The position numbers and the translations under genes were made by a program. Below the pieces are notes generated by a model that searched no databases, was not told the DNA's origin, and saw only the letters and a program-made list of their open reading frames with translations. A stretch of 64,000 nt of DNA from a virus. The stretch spans positions 1 to 64,000 of IMG/VR virus record IMGVR_UViG_3300010354_000046. One strand, 5' to 3'. Of the stretch, positions 28,651 through 37,728 are shown in pieces; the first letter of the stretch is position 1, and each line of letters opens with the position of its first letter.

Positions 28651-28915
28651 TAAGTCCGGAGACTTGCAAGAACAGATACTTGCCGAGAAAGCGCAGGAAC
28701 TGGCCAGTGAAATGGACGCACAGATACTCCGAGAGATGCTGACTGATCTAGGCTGGCACGAAGTTGTACTGAATCCAATGTCTTGGGAAGAAGGATACCA
28801 TGTTGATACGTGGGCAGAGACTAACGTCAAAGGGCGCATGTGGACACACGGACTTGTATGGCTATTCGAAGAAGGTAAAGATGCTAACTGGTTTAAATTA
28901 CGATGGCTATCATAG
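28625..28915 (+). CDS. Hypothetical protein, F-x-L-R-W family
   Basis: FEEGKDANWFKLRW. Confidence 0.7.
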   Translation: MKKKRLLTDKSGDLQEQILAEKAQELASEMDAQILREMLTDLGWHEVVLNPMSWEEGYHVDTWAETNVKGRMWTHGLVWLFEEGKDANWFKLRWLS

Positions 28916-29121
28916 TTGATCTTAAACATAAAGGGCCTGTCGAAGTGATGGAAATCGTTAGGGAACTACGACAACAAGGTCTTGTTCAAGGTAAAGATTT
29001 TGATTTTGCCTACCATCCCCCTGAAGAAGATTGGATGAACGGAGTACAAACGGCACGTTATACAAAGTTTACATTTTATGAAGAAAGGTGGGGTACTTGG
29101 TTTACCCTTAAATGGTCATGA
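28903..29121 (+). CDS. Hypothetical protein, F-x-L-K-W family
   Basis: GTWFTLKWS. Confidence 0.7.
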   Translation: MAIIVDLKHKGPVEVMEIVRELRQQGLVQGKDFDFAYHPPEEDWMNGVQTARYTKFTFYEERWGTWFTLKWS

Positions 29122-29342
29122 CTATTAAGATTGTTTCTATGAACGATTGCCTAGATGAAATACAAAAGGCATCAATATATGTGCGAGATAAGTATTCTAT
29201 TCCTAATGATCAAATTATAACTCCTCATTTTGAAAAAGAGTTTGATGTAAAGATATTTTACAATCATGAATTGTTCTTGGGAGGTTGTGTTGCCTTTAAA
29301 AGTGAAGCGCACTACAACTTATTTTTATTGAAATGGTCATGA
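29118..29342 (+). CDS. Hypothetical protein, F-x-L-K-W family
   Basis: FKSEAHYNLFLLKWS. Confidence 0.7.
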   Translation: MTIKIVSMNDCLDEIQKASIYVRDKYSIPNDQIITPHFEKEFDVKIFYNHELFLGGCVAFKSEAHYNLFLLKWS

Positions 29343-30109
29343 ATAATTTTTGCGTGTTTGGAGATAGCTATGCTTATCGCAACGACGATAATCCAAACAC
29401 ATGGGTAGCCTTTACTGCCAAACAGTTTAGCCATGAGCCTAGAATAGTTGCTGTGCCCGGCTGCGGCCAAGATTGGATATTTGGACAGCTATATCATTAC
29501 AGGCACGTAATTACACCAAAAGATAAAGTTGTTGTGATTCTAACAGAGCCTGGGCGCAGATGGTTATTTAAAGACAAACCTGAACATTCAAATATCTATG
29601 TTGCTAACTACAAAGATGTTTTGACATCCGATGAAAGTCGTGTGCTAGAATCATACGTCAAATACGTACAAAATGATAATTTAGACAACCTAGCAATGAT
29701 CAATAGATTAGGCTGGTTGGATAGTTTGGCCAATAGATGTTGGTGGCACAAGCCTCTAATCATTAAAGCCTTTGACTTGGATATAAATGAAAACGAATAT
29801 CCACATTTGTGTTTTGCCCAAGGAACACTATCGTCTATTAGTAAGAACGAAGTATGCGGAGACTTTCAATCCGTTATTCAAGGCAAGGATTTTAGATATA
29901 ACCATTTGTGTCTAACCAATCACAAGGTACTGGCATCAAAATTAGTTGATTACTTTGCCACCGGTCTTGCTCCTGACTTGACTACGGAATTTAATTCTAA
30001 TATAATAACCAAAGACTTCTATAAAGATTCCAATTTTATACAAAAGGAATTACACCCAGAAGCATTTAAGAGGTGGGCCGATGCCGCGCTATTACAACTA
30101 TCAATATGA
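29339..30109 (+). CDS. SGNH/GDSL-hydrolase-like protein
   Basis: VFGDSY, G-block, NHL...NH. Confidence 0.6.
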   Translation: MNNFCVFGDSYAYRNDDNPNTWVAFTAKQFSHEPRIVAVPGCGQDWIFGQLYHYRHVITPKDKVVVILTEPGRRWLFKDKPEHSNIYVANYKDVLTSDESRVLESYVKYVQNDNLDNLAMINRLGWLDSLANRCWWHKPLIIKAFDLDINENEYPHLCFAQGTLSSISKNEVCGDFQSVIQGKDFRYNHLCLTNHKVLASKLVDYFATGLAPDLTTEFNSNIITKDFYKDSNFIQKELHPEAFKRWADAALLQLSI

Positions 30110-30482
30110 TTACAGTAAGACTGTAAGTGCTCAGGAAGAAACTGATCAGTTTCTAAAAAAGTATCAAGCCGAAGCAGGATTGAGCAAGAACAAACTTTAT
30201 GCTAGACGCAAGCCTATTCGTTATCAAGATTGGTTAATTGACGGTGGCATTCCTTTTGATCAAGAAATTGAACGAGAGCCTTTGGTAGAGATTTACATGC
30301 CACAAGATCAGTTTAGAGATCTAGTTGAACGTGATCGATGGTACGGGCAACTAGAAGGCGAAGCTAGATATTACAAGGAACGCTACATGCAGGAAGTAGA
30401 AGACGATAAGGTCAGACATCGTAATCCTGCTGTTAAAAAGGCTTGGGATCAATATAAAATGCTGTTAGAATTATCGAGATAA
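30081..30482 (+). CDS. Hypothetical protein
   Basis: 133 aa, RNPAVKKAWD motif. Confidence 0.7.
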   Translation: MPRYYNYQYDYSKTVSAQEETDQFLKKYQAEAGLSKNKLYARRKPIRYQDWLIDGGIPFDQEIEREPLVEIYMPQDQFRDLVERDRWYGQLEGEARYYKERYMQEVEDDKVRHRNPAVKKAWDQYKMLLELSR

Positions 30483-30489
30483 CTATTGT

Positions 30490-31185
30490 ATGATTACAGT
30501 ACAATGGATGCCCGTCTTTACAGAACAATTAAGTTATGATCCTAACATAACTTATTTTGAACCCGAGCCAGCTTTTCGATATCTCACTAACCAAAGAGAC
30601 AAAACAGACTTTTTGCGTTGCCCGGGACTATCAAACTATCTACGCAATACATTTGTTATTCGCAGTCCTTATGACTTGAACATTAATGTAACTAAAGAAT
30701 GGGATGTGCAAACAGATAGATTTGGGCAAGGGTTCTTTAACGAGAATATCAGTGTAAGGAATCCGCAGACACACAAGGATCCTTTAATCATACAAACATT
30801 TCCCAAATACTTGTTTATTACAGAACACAATAAACCAGTAACTGTTAGTGTCATACCTTGGATGTTCAAAGCCAATCCTTATGGCCTAGTGCCTGGCAGC
30901 TTTGATATTACACAATGGATTAGGCCTGTTAATTTAGCTATGGAAGTGTACACTCCTGGCGTAATCGAATTCAAACGCGGTGAAGTATTGTATGCTGTTC
31001 GATTTGAAACAGACGACACGATTCGGTTGGATCGCGGTGAGTTCACAGAAGATATTAAACAGACAATGGCCAGTTGTTTGAATGTACAAAACTATGCTCC
31101 TGGTATGAATTTAAAATCTTTATATTCGGCAGGACAACACTATATCAATCTAATGAAAAGGAAAATATTCCGTGTCATTAGGTAG
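30490..31185 (+). CDS. Hypothetical protein (FLRCPG family, distant paralog of 59431..60129)
   Basis: 231 aa; Cys-containing motif then beta-rich region. Confidence 0.65.
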   Translation: MITVQWMPVFTEQLSYDPNITYFEPEPAFRYLTNQRDKTDFLRCPGLSNYLRNTFVIRSPYDLNINVTKEWDVQTDRFGQGFFNENISVRNPQTHKDPLIIQTFPKYLFITEHNKPVTVSVIPWMFKANPYGLVPGSFDITQWIRPVNLAMEVYTPGVIEFKRGEVLYAVRFETDDTIRLDRGEFTEDIKQTMASCLNVQNYAPGMNLKSLYSAGQHYINLMKRKIFRVIR

Positions 31186-31522
31186 AGCCAGCACAGCTTA
31201 TATCGAACGTGCAATTATGAGTTTTGGATTAAAACCGTTTGGAGGACAAAAGGTGAAAGTCGTAAATGATTTGGCAAGAGAACGTCATTTGGTACACCAT
31301 TTACGATTGGGCGATGTAGAAGATCCTGATATCTATGCGGCTGCACCAATTTGGGATTGGCAACAATCTGCACACGGTAAATGGGTAATGGAAAATGGTT
31401 TTGATCCAACTTATTCTATAACAACAGACCATTTGACTATGGGATACATTGTTGCAATTCACGCACATTTTACACCAAAACAGTGGACTGAGTACCTATT
31501 CAGATTTGACTTACCCAAGTAA
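31172..31522 (+). CDS. Hypothetical protein
   Basis: GDVEDPDIYAA.PIWDWQQS..GKWVMEN. Confidence 0.7.
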   Translation: MSLGRASTAYIERAIMSFGLKPFGGQKVKVVNDLARERHLVHHLRLGDVEDPDIYAAAPIWDWQQSAHGKWVMENGFDPTYSITTDHLTMGYIVAIHAHFTPKQWTEYLFRFDLPK

Positions 31523-31534
31523 CTGTGTTATACT
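31505..31534 (+). promoter_or_regulatory. sigma70-like promoter
   Basis: TTGACT-17-TATACT. Confidence 0.6.
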
Positions 31535-31563
31535 AGTATACACTAATTATACTAGGAGCTGAT

Positions 31564-31980
31564 ATGGCTATTTGGAAAATTACCAATCATCACAAAAAGA
31601 ATGCTGTCGAGCGACAGTTCTGGACTAAAGACGGTAAAGTTATTATTCGCGAAGAAGGGTTCCGTTGGGGAGTTTGGAGTTGCGACAGTGAAGAACAGCC
31701 CGACATCGATTTGAACAATCCAGACGGCTACGAGTTAATGGCCACTGACTACGATTGGGAAATGGAAGAAATGATTGATGGCTGCTGGGCAGAGTCTACA
31801 GCTGGCAACGACGAAACTACCGACGAAGATCTTGAAGAATTCGAAACTGCTTGGGAAGAAGATAGTTATGCGGCAGTAGAAGAATTGGGCTGGATCAATG
31901 ACGACACAGAACATTGGATCCACGGACCGTTGCAACTGACCAACGAAGATACTGGCGAAGAATTCACAGGAGAGGATTAA
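31564..31980 (+). CDS. Acidic hypothetical protein
   Basis: 138 aa, AGGAG RBS; paralog of the next gene. Confidence 0.75.
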   Translation: MAIWKITNHHKKNAVERQFWTKDGKVIIREEGFRWGVWSCDSEEQPDIDLNNPDGYELMATDYDWEMEEMIDGCWAESTAGNDETTDEDLEEFETAWEEDSYAAVEELGWINDDTEHWIHGPLQLTNEDTGEEFTGED

Positions 31981-32480
31981 TGGAAAAGCTATACCGTATT
32001 ACTCCTCTTGAAAAGAAGTCAGTTGAATACTTTGTTGATGTATTCGAACGTTTACCAGACGGTACTATTCGAGGCTTCGATGTTACAGAAGTTTGGCGTT
32101 GGGGCTACGGCTTTAGAGAAGAAGACGATCCAGTTTGGAAGTTTGAAGCAGAAGGTAATAACGGTGTACATTGCCGACCAGAAGTAGGTTGGGGTTGTGA
32201 ACTAGACGATCTTATTGCAGTCTATGTAAATTTTAGTGATGGGTTTACTGATGAAGAACGTGCAGATATCGAAGCACTTTGCCGAGGCGAAAAAGAAGAC
32301 GAAGATGGACGTTGGGGTACTGCTTGGATCTACGACGGTGACCATAATTGGGAAATCGAGGACGACCATGTGCGTATAATCGGGCCAGTAAAAATTGATC
32401 TAGTAGACGCTAATGGTTATGGAGATACGGCTATCCTGGAAGAAAATGTAGCACCCTATGTAGATGAGGACGACAAATGA
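31980..32480 (+). CDS. Acidic hypothetical protein
   Basis: MEKLYRITPLEKKS...WRWG; paralog of the previous gene. Confidence 0.75.
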   Translation: MEKLYRITPLEKKSVEYFVDVFERLPDGTIRGFDVTEVWRWGYGFREEDDPVWKFEAEGNNGVHCRPEVGWGCELDDLIAVYVNFSDGFTDEERADIEALCRGEKEDEDGRWGTAWIYDGDHNWEIEDDHVRIIGPVKIDLVDANGYGDTAILEENVAPYVDEDDK

Positions 32481-32812
32481 AATGGTTTGACAAATGGTTT
32501 TATCGGCAGGCCAAAAAGGCTTGGGCAAACAAAGATCGATTTGATGAAGAAGAAGCAGTTCAACTGAAAGAAAGGGTAAACAGAAAAATGTCAGGATTAC
32601 AAATTGGCACCGCAATGGTAGAACGGGGCGCAGTCGAAGGGCAAGATCGCATTAGTTTTGAATTGACCAGTGCCGTAGGCGGACGTATTTTAAATGTGCG
32701 TCGTTACGATGAACGCAAGGATCAACACACCACTCAAACTTATGTTATTCCCACTGGCGAAGATGTAGGCGCTAGGGTAGCTAAGATTATCAATTTGGAA
32801 CTGATTAAATAA
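32477..32812 (+). CDS. Hypothetical protein
   Basis: 111 aa. Confidence 0.7.
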   Translation: MKWFDKWFYRQAKKAWANKDRFDEEEAVQLKERVNRKMSGLQIGTAMVERGAVEGQDRISFELTSAVGGRILNVRRYDERKDQHTTQTYVIPTGEDVGARVAKIINLELIK

Positions 32813-32831
32813 TTATTTAGGAACTAACATC

Positions 32832-33197
32832 ATGGAAGTCTTGTTTTGGGATACTCTTATTGTAGGCGCATGCATTTGGGTTGGCTGGCATCTGCGTGGT
32901 ATTGTGCTGATGAAAAACATACTGAGCGATCCAGATCGTATGATCAAATTGATTGAAGAAGTCAAGCGCATTAACAATGAAGAACCTTCCAAATCTTCTG
33001 AAGGTGCCCGGCGCATACGCATAGAAAAACACGGTGAAGAACTCTATTTGTTTGCTGAAGACAATGATGAATTCCTAGCACAGGCGCCCACTCTTCAAGA
33101 AGCACTGGATCGAATTGAAAAGCGTTTTCCTGGGGATAACTTTAAAGGCATCATTCGTAAGGAAGATGCAGAGAAATGGGGAATCTCTGTCAAATAA
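32832..33197 (+). CDS. Membrane-anchored hypothetical protein
   Basis: N-terminal hydrophobic helix. Confidence 0.7.
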   Translation: MEVLFWDTLIVGACIWVGWHLRGIVLMKNILSDPDRMIKLIEEVKRINNEEPSKSSEGARRIRIEKHGEELYLFAEDNDEFLAQAPTLQEALDRIEKRFPGDNFKGIIRKEDAEKWGISVK

Positions 33198-33211
33198 GTT
33201 TGCCAATAGTG

Positions 33212-33240
33212 TTGACCTCAGGGTCAGCGTTTGCTATACT
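33212..33240 (+). promoter_or_regulatory. sigma70-like promoter
   Basis: TTGACC-17-TATACT. Confidence 0.6.
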
Positions 33241-33288
33241 GTGAATATGTTAGCTAATCACTAACACACACTTATAAGAGGAAAAAAT

Positions 33289-33561
33289 ATGATTAAGCAA
33301 TTTAACCCAGAGACAAAGACTTTCAAGTTGTTCAACGCATTGTACAATGGCGAAGCGGTTACTCCTGCTCAGGCAGAAAAGCGTTTTGGTATCAAGAATA
33401 TCAGCGCAGAAGTTAGCCGCATCCGTCAAAACGGTTATGCAGTTTATGCCAACAACCGTAAGGCAGGTAACGGTGTACAGGTTACTGAATATGTAATTGG
33501 CAAGCCAAGCCGCAAGCTGGTTGCCGCAGGTTACAAGGCAATGTCTTTGGGTCTTGTCTAA
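33289..33561 (+). CDS. Winged helix-turn-helix DNA-binding protein
   Basis: GEAVTPAQAEKRFGIKNISAEVSRIRQNGY. Confidence 0.7.
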   Translation: MIKQFNPETKTFKLFNALYNGEAVTPAQAEKRFGIKNISAEVSRIRQNGYAVYANNRKAGNGVQVTEYVIGKPSRKLVAAGYKAMSLGLV

Positions 33562-33580
33562 TAAGACTAACACTCAACCA

Positions 33581-33609
33581 AAAAGCTCAGCTGTTGCTGG
33601 GCTTTTTTT
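33581..33609 (+). terminator. Intrinsic terminator
   Basis: AAAAGCTCAGC-TGTT-GCTGGGCTTTT followed by further Ts. Confidence 0.85.
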
Positions 33610-33620
33610 ATACATATACA

Positions 33621-33926
33621 ATGCATCAAATAACAGATACAATCGTAGACATTTATCGTTGGGCGGAAAGGGATTACCGTGAATGGCCTTTTAGGTTTGG
33701 CATTGAAGTTTTTGCTTGGGCTATCAGCATTGGCAATAGTCTTGTTATGGCTCTTACCGTACCTAATCCCCCTCTTATTGTTCTTTATCCTATTTGGATT
33801 GTTGGCTGTGCTATGTACGGCTGGGCTAGTTGGACTCGCGGTAGCTTTGGTATGTTGGCCAATTATATTCTATTGGTTACTATTGATAGTGTAGGACTGG
33901 CACGTATGATTGCTGAACGACTATGA
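33621..33926 (+). CDS. Small multi-pass membrane protein
   Basis: Three hydrophobic segments. Confidence 0.7.
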   Translation: MHQITDTIVDIYRWAERDYREWPFRFGIEVFAWAISIGNSLVMALTVPNPPLIVLYPIWIVGCAMYGWASWTRGSFGMLANYILLVTIDSVGLARMIAERL

Positions 33927-34552
33927 GCAACTGTAGACAGTTTGAACGCACGCCAGGGTATCTCATTGACAAGCTATCACCTGCACAACTGCATCCTATT
34001 TGGCGTGAAGTCCGAGACATACAGGCCAGCAATTTTTCTGCGGCCAAGAACAATGACTATCTAACTGGCAACATTCAACATCAATATCAGTTGACCTGTG
34101 GTGAATACGTGGAACATCTGCTGGCGCCCAGGGTCAATGAATATGTACAGACCTTTGGTTATCAGCACAAACTACAGCACTTGGCCGAACCCCGGCCCTT
34201 GAAGATAGCCGATAGAGATCTTTGGGTAAACTTTCAACAACGCTATGAGTTCAATCCACCGCATCACCATTCGGGTATTTTTAGCTTTGTAATTTGGCTA
34301 CAAATACCCTATACCACAGAGGCGGAATTGGCCGCAGGTCCTGGGCACGAGGGGTTTGAGCCGCAGAACGGACAGTTTGTATTTTTGTATGTGGACAGCC
34401 TAGGTCAGATACGGCCTGAACGTTTGGCCGTTGATCGCGCCTGGGAAGGATCAATCTGTGTATTTCCCGCAGAACTTACACACTATGTTAACCCATTTTA
34501 CTCCAGTGATGATTATCGCATAACTGTAGCAGGAAATTTAAAATATGTATAA
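33923..34552 (+). CDS. Putative 2OG-Fe(II) oxygenase
   Basis: WVNFQ...EFNPPHHH, FPAELTHYVNPF, RITVAGN. Confidence 0.8.
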   Translation: MSNCRQFERTPGYLIDKLSPAQLHPIWREVRDIQASNFSAAKNNDYLTGNIQHQYQLTCGEYVEHLLAPRVNEYVQTFGYQHKLQHLAEPRPLKIADRDLWVNFQQRYEFNPPHHHSGIFSFVIWLQIPYTTEAELAAGPGHEGFEPQNGQFVFLYVDSLGQIRPERLAVDRAWEGSICVFPAELTHYVNPFYSSDDYRITVAGNLKYV

Positions 34553-34718
34553 AAAACCCGAAATTTACACCGCCAGAACAGGACCTGAGTTTCTAGTTCT
34601 AGAACACTATGATCTAGAAGGAGACCCTTGGGTTCGTTACCGCAATCAACAGACCAAACAAGAGTACACATGCAGACTAGAAGCATTCTTACAGCGATTT
34701 TCGCCCTTAGCTGCCTAA
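34545..34718 (+). CDS. Small hypothetical protein
   Basis: Manual translation MYKKPEIY...EYTCRLEAFLQRFSPLAA. Confidence 0.55.
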   Translation: MYKKPEIYTARTGPEFLVLEHYDLEGDPWVRYRNQQTKQEYTCRLEAFLQRFSPLAA

Positions 34719-34894
34719 CAGGCTGCGGCACCTACTCTGTGGCCAGTGGTGCAGTTTGGCTTGCAACAGAACGCACAGCCACTGATTGGGTCATGTCGGG
34801 CTTAACTGGTGCAGACTGTCGTACACAGCACCTAGTCCAGGATAAATATGTCTGCGAACAGCCTGTGGTCTATAACCAATCAGGCATTGACTAA
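34670..34894 (+). CDS. Lipoprotein
   Basis: ALSCLTG-C lipobox. Confidence 0.6.
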   Translation: MQTRSILTAIFALSCLTGCGTYSVASGAVWLATERTATDWVMSGLTGADCRTQHLVQDKYVCEQPVVYNQSGID

Positions 34895-34916
34895 ATACAG
34901 TATAGGAGATATCAAT

Positions 34917-35252
34917 ATGACTATGACTTGGGGAATCGTTGCACGTAGTCGCAGCACTGGCATACAGATTCGTAAACCCTTGGCGGAACCCTACACTGAT
35001 CCAGGGTCTGCTCAGGCAGCTGCTGATGCTTGGACCCTAGAGCTCAACACTGAGCAGAAGTTTGGCCTGAACGATTGGCTAGCACGTTACGATGCTGCGT
35101 CAGGCGGACCCACAGAAAACAACATCAATCCCGCAATGGCCCAGCATCCTGCACATGCCCAACCTGATCAGCCTGCCCAAGTGAATCACGCGGCCTATCG
35201 CAGTGAGCAACCGGGAGCCCAGGGCTATACCGGTATGAACGGCAGACTCTAA
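34917..35252 (+). CDS. Hypothetical protein
   Basis: AGGAG RBS, TAAATA at 34892; paralog of the next gene. Confidence 0.65.
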   Translation: MTMTWGIVARSRSTGIQIRKPLAEPYTDPGSAQAAADAWTLELNTEQKFGLNDWLARYDAASGGPTENNINPAMAQHPAHAQPDQPAQVNHAAYRSEQPGAQGYTGMNGRL

Positions 35253-35465
35253 ATGGAATACATAGTTCAAGCTCGCAGTCCCAGCCTGGGCTATACCATC
35301 AGAGAACTACAGTTGGAAAGCCCAGCTATCCAACGCAGAGATTTGGCCCTACAGTTTGCTGAGAGTTTTGCTGCTAGACTGAACCAGCAGCGACACATGA
35401 ATCAATCAGACTGGATCGCTGAAATCGATCAGATAGATCCTCTTTATCACGCACGTACACTCTAA
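35253..35465 (+). CDS. Hypothetical protein
   Basis: ARS.S.G...LN......DW pattern shared with the previous gene. Confidence 0.65.
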   Translation: MEYIVQARSPSLGYTIRELQLESPAIQRRDLALQFAESFAARLNQQRHMNQSDWIAEIDQIDPLYHARTL

Positions 35466-35825
35466 ATGCAGGCGCCAGAGCAACTCCTACGCTATGGCCC
35501 TCAAGAGCCTCAGATACAGGGCACCAGACCACGTTGGCGCATCACAGCAGCACACATCCTAGTACAGGATAGGCGCATGGCCCTACAGATACTAGAGTGG
35601 TTGGCAGAAACAGTTCCCGAAAATCAACACGCCTGCTTTGAAAACCTAGCGGCCATGTACAGTGAATGTGGCAGCTGTCTCACACACGGCGTTATTGGTC
35701 TAGTAGAACCCGGGCAAACAGACCCCGAATTTGAACGAGCACTATGCAGGCTAAGACCCGGAGAATGGTCGAAAGAACCTGTTGAAACCTCCTGGGGATG
35801 GCACGTGGTAGCACGTATCGAATAA
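35466..35825 (+). CDS. ppiC: Parvulin-type peptidyl-prolyl cis-trans isomerase
   Basis: AAHILV, FENLA..YSEC.S, PEFERA, PVETSWGWHVV. Confidence 0.85.
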   Translation: MQAPEQLLRYGPQEPQIQGTRPRWRITAAHILVQDRRMALQILEWLAETVPENQHACFENLAAMYSECGSCLTHGVIGLVEPGQTDPEFERALCRLRPGEWSKEPVETSWGWHVVARIE

Positions 35826-35945
35826 GCCGCGAAGCGGTAGCGCCAGCGCAAAAATTTATAAGAGTCGATACAGCCGCTGCCACAAAGGAGCAGCAGCCGT
35901 ATCTCCAGACGTGGGATTAAATACTGTATACTAGGAGCCGCAACT

Positions 35946-36158
35946 ATGACCCACAAAGAACGTGTAGATTGGATATTGGATATCATGGGTCAAGTAAACC
36001 CCTACAAGCGTCAAGAAGCTAATCGTAAAGGTGAGTTCTACATATACAACATGGGCTATCTCGCCAGCTTTTTAGCTAGTAAAATGGAAGAAGATCCATT
36101 TATAGCACGTGAGTTCTTTCGTCATGCACAAGAGCAAACGAAAGGCAAGTTACGATAA
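35946..36158 (+). CDS. Hypothetical protein
   Basis: 70 aa, AGGAG RBS, TAAATA upstream. Confidence 0.7.
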   Translation: MTHKERVDWILDIMGQVNPYKRQEANRKGEFYIYNMGYLASFLASKMEEDPFIAREFFRHAQEQTKGKLR

Positions 36159-36165
36159 CGACACG

Positions 36166-36567
36166 GAGACCCCGCTGTGACTACTAGCACTATACACTAG
36201 TTAGATACTGATCATACTTGAGTAAAAGCCAAGTAACAGCTGAACTGGGTTCACAATCAATACGCCAAATCCAATAGTGATTGTCCACTACTATATAACG
36301 CCCACAGCTCATAGTAATTGAGTGCTGTTGACAATATAGATAGATCTCATCCATGGACGGATCATCTGATTCCAAAGTAACTACTAGTCTCATAGTATAG
36401 TTATTTACTGCCATGTGCTGCTATTGGAGCGACTAGAAACAACTACTGAGATTGCTTGCAAGCAATCAACTATATGTGTGTGACTTTTATATAGTATACA
36501 GAGACCCCGCTGTGCAGGTCTAGCAGTTTGAGCATATTAGTACGTATATAGGGGAGGCCCCGCTGTG
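36166..36567 (+). repeat. Dispersed GAG(A/G)CCCCGCTGTG repeat, 3 copies
   Basis: Copies at about 36166, 36501 and 36554. Confidence 0.85.
36190..36393 (-). CDS. Hypothetical protein (W-L-L-L-K-Y family variant)
   Basis: Start MRLVVTLES after TAAATA (36402). Confidence 0.55.
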   Translation of the reverse strand: MRLVVTLESDDPSMDEIYLYCQQHSITMSCGRYIVVDNHYWIWRIDCEPSSAVTWLLLKYDQYLTSV

Positions 36568-36615
36568 GGCAACCAGGGTTCGGGCACAATGCGTGGAGAT
36601 TGGAGTAGGATAGCG

Positions 36616-36800
36616 GAATTGTAGAGAATTGTAGAGAAATGTGGGAGAAGTGGGAGTAACCATTTTAACTATGCCCATTTTGACCTCGACTCTGCTATTC
36701 TAGGACCACCGTGCCTGGGCACCGTGCGGCCTGATTGTGGCTCACAACCTAGAAACCGTCACACAATTTCACACTTTTTCACACTTTTCAGCACTTTTGT
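36616..36800. repeat. Two inverted arrays of phased 10-bp repeats
   Basis: GAATTGTAGA-type x4 (36616-36655) facing ACAC(A/T)(A/T)TTTC-type x4 (36761-36800). Confidence 0.75.
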
Positions 36801-36952
36801 CAGATCTGGCCTTGCGTGTAGACATCACTATGCATGGTGCCATGATCTAGTTTGCACTTTTCTACACTCAATACAGTATATACTCTACTACAGTAGTCAC
36901 ACGGTATCCAACTATTCTAACCACTAGATAGGCTCGAACCGTTAAATACTAT

Positions 36953-37153
36953 ATGGACATCAGTAATAATAACATGATTACACTGGCTCACGTTCGTGTA
37001 GCCAACAGTGAAGTCAACATCTATATCAGTTATTGTGTAGCCAGTCAGAATGTTCATATATTCAAATATAATGACTGTGCCTGTGACTATGGTGTATTCG
37101 ATAATCAGGCGGATGCTTGTGAATTTATAGCAGAAAAGTTACCTAAATATTAA
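36953..37153 (+). CDS. Hypothetical protein
   Basis: 66 aa after TAAATA (36943). Confidence 0.55.
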   Translation: MDISNNNMITLAHVRVANSEVNIYISYCVASQNVHIFKYNDCACDYGVFDNQADACEFIAEKLPKY

Positions 37154-37162
37154 GAGGACCCA

Positions 37163-37237
37163 ATGGGGCGTTTAGAATCAGTTGTGGCGGTATTAATCAT
37201 CATTGTATCGGCCATAATCATTATACCATTTATATAG
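37163..37237 (+). CDS. 24-aa hydrophobic peptide
   Basis: MGRLESVVAVLIIIVSAIIIIPFI, GAGG RBS. Confidence 0.4.
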   Translation: MGRLESVVAVLIIIVSAIIIIPFI

Positions 37238-37254
37238 GCGGGGGCGGGGTATTA

Positions 37255-37385
37255 TAATAAAAATACCCAAACCAATATGATTAGTTAGTGCCCGCTAACT
37301 TAAAATAACTCGTGCAGCCTCGCCGTCCATCCCCAGAATGCCTGTTCGAACGCACGGTACCGTTTGTGGGGTATTTCTTATTATG
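37255..37385 (-). ncRNA. Candidate structured non-coding RNA
   Basis: Downstream of a perfect minus-strand promoter; long-range closing stem, internal hairpins, U-run; no convincing ORF. Confidence 0.45.
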
Positions 37386-37390
37386 TGACT

Positions 37391-37419
37391 ATTATACTGT
37401 CTTTTGGGGTCGCTGTCAA
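37391..37419 (-). promoter_or_regulatory. Perfect consensus sigma70 promoter (leftward)
   Basis: TTGACA-17-TATAAT preceded by CTTTCGG as in the island promoters. Confidence 0.85.
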
Positions 37420-37505
37420 CCGAAAGCATAAAGACCCTTCGTTGTGTCGGGGTTCTTGACATTTTGGGCCGTTTACAGTATAATAGCATTTTAAGGGAGC
37501 ACAAT

Positions 37506-37634
37506 ATGTCAGAAGCAAAAGCCGCATTGTATGCAAAGCTCGCAAGTTTGCAAGCACTAACAGACTTAGACGACGACCTCATGCAAGACGCTATTAGTGC
37601 GCTCGCACAAGCCATAGAAGACCATGTAGCGTAA
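37506..37634 (+). CDS. Small hypothetical protein
   Basis: MSEAKAALYAKL..., GGGAGC RBS. Confidence 0.65.
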   Translation: MSEAKAALYAKLASLQALTDLDDDLMQDAISALAQAIEDHVA

Positions 37635-37728
37635 ACGCAACGGTCGAGTGCGGCCAAAGACCCTTCGGTTGACTGGGTCTTTGTTTTGTGCTATAATATA
37701 TGCATAAGTTAAGGAATTGGAGCGAACA

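Noticed and set aside
36426-36433. GGAGCGAC outside the island as another sRNA target
   Set aside because: No start codon at RBS distance.
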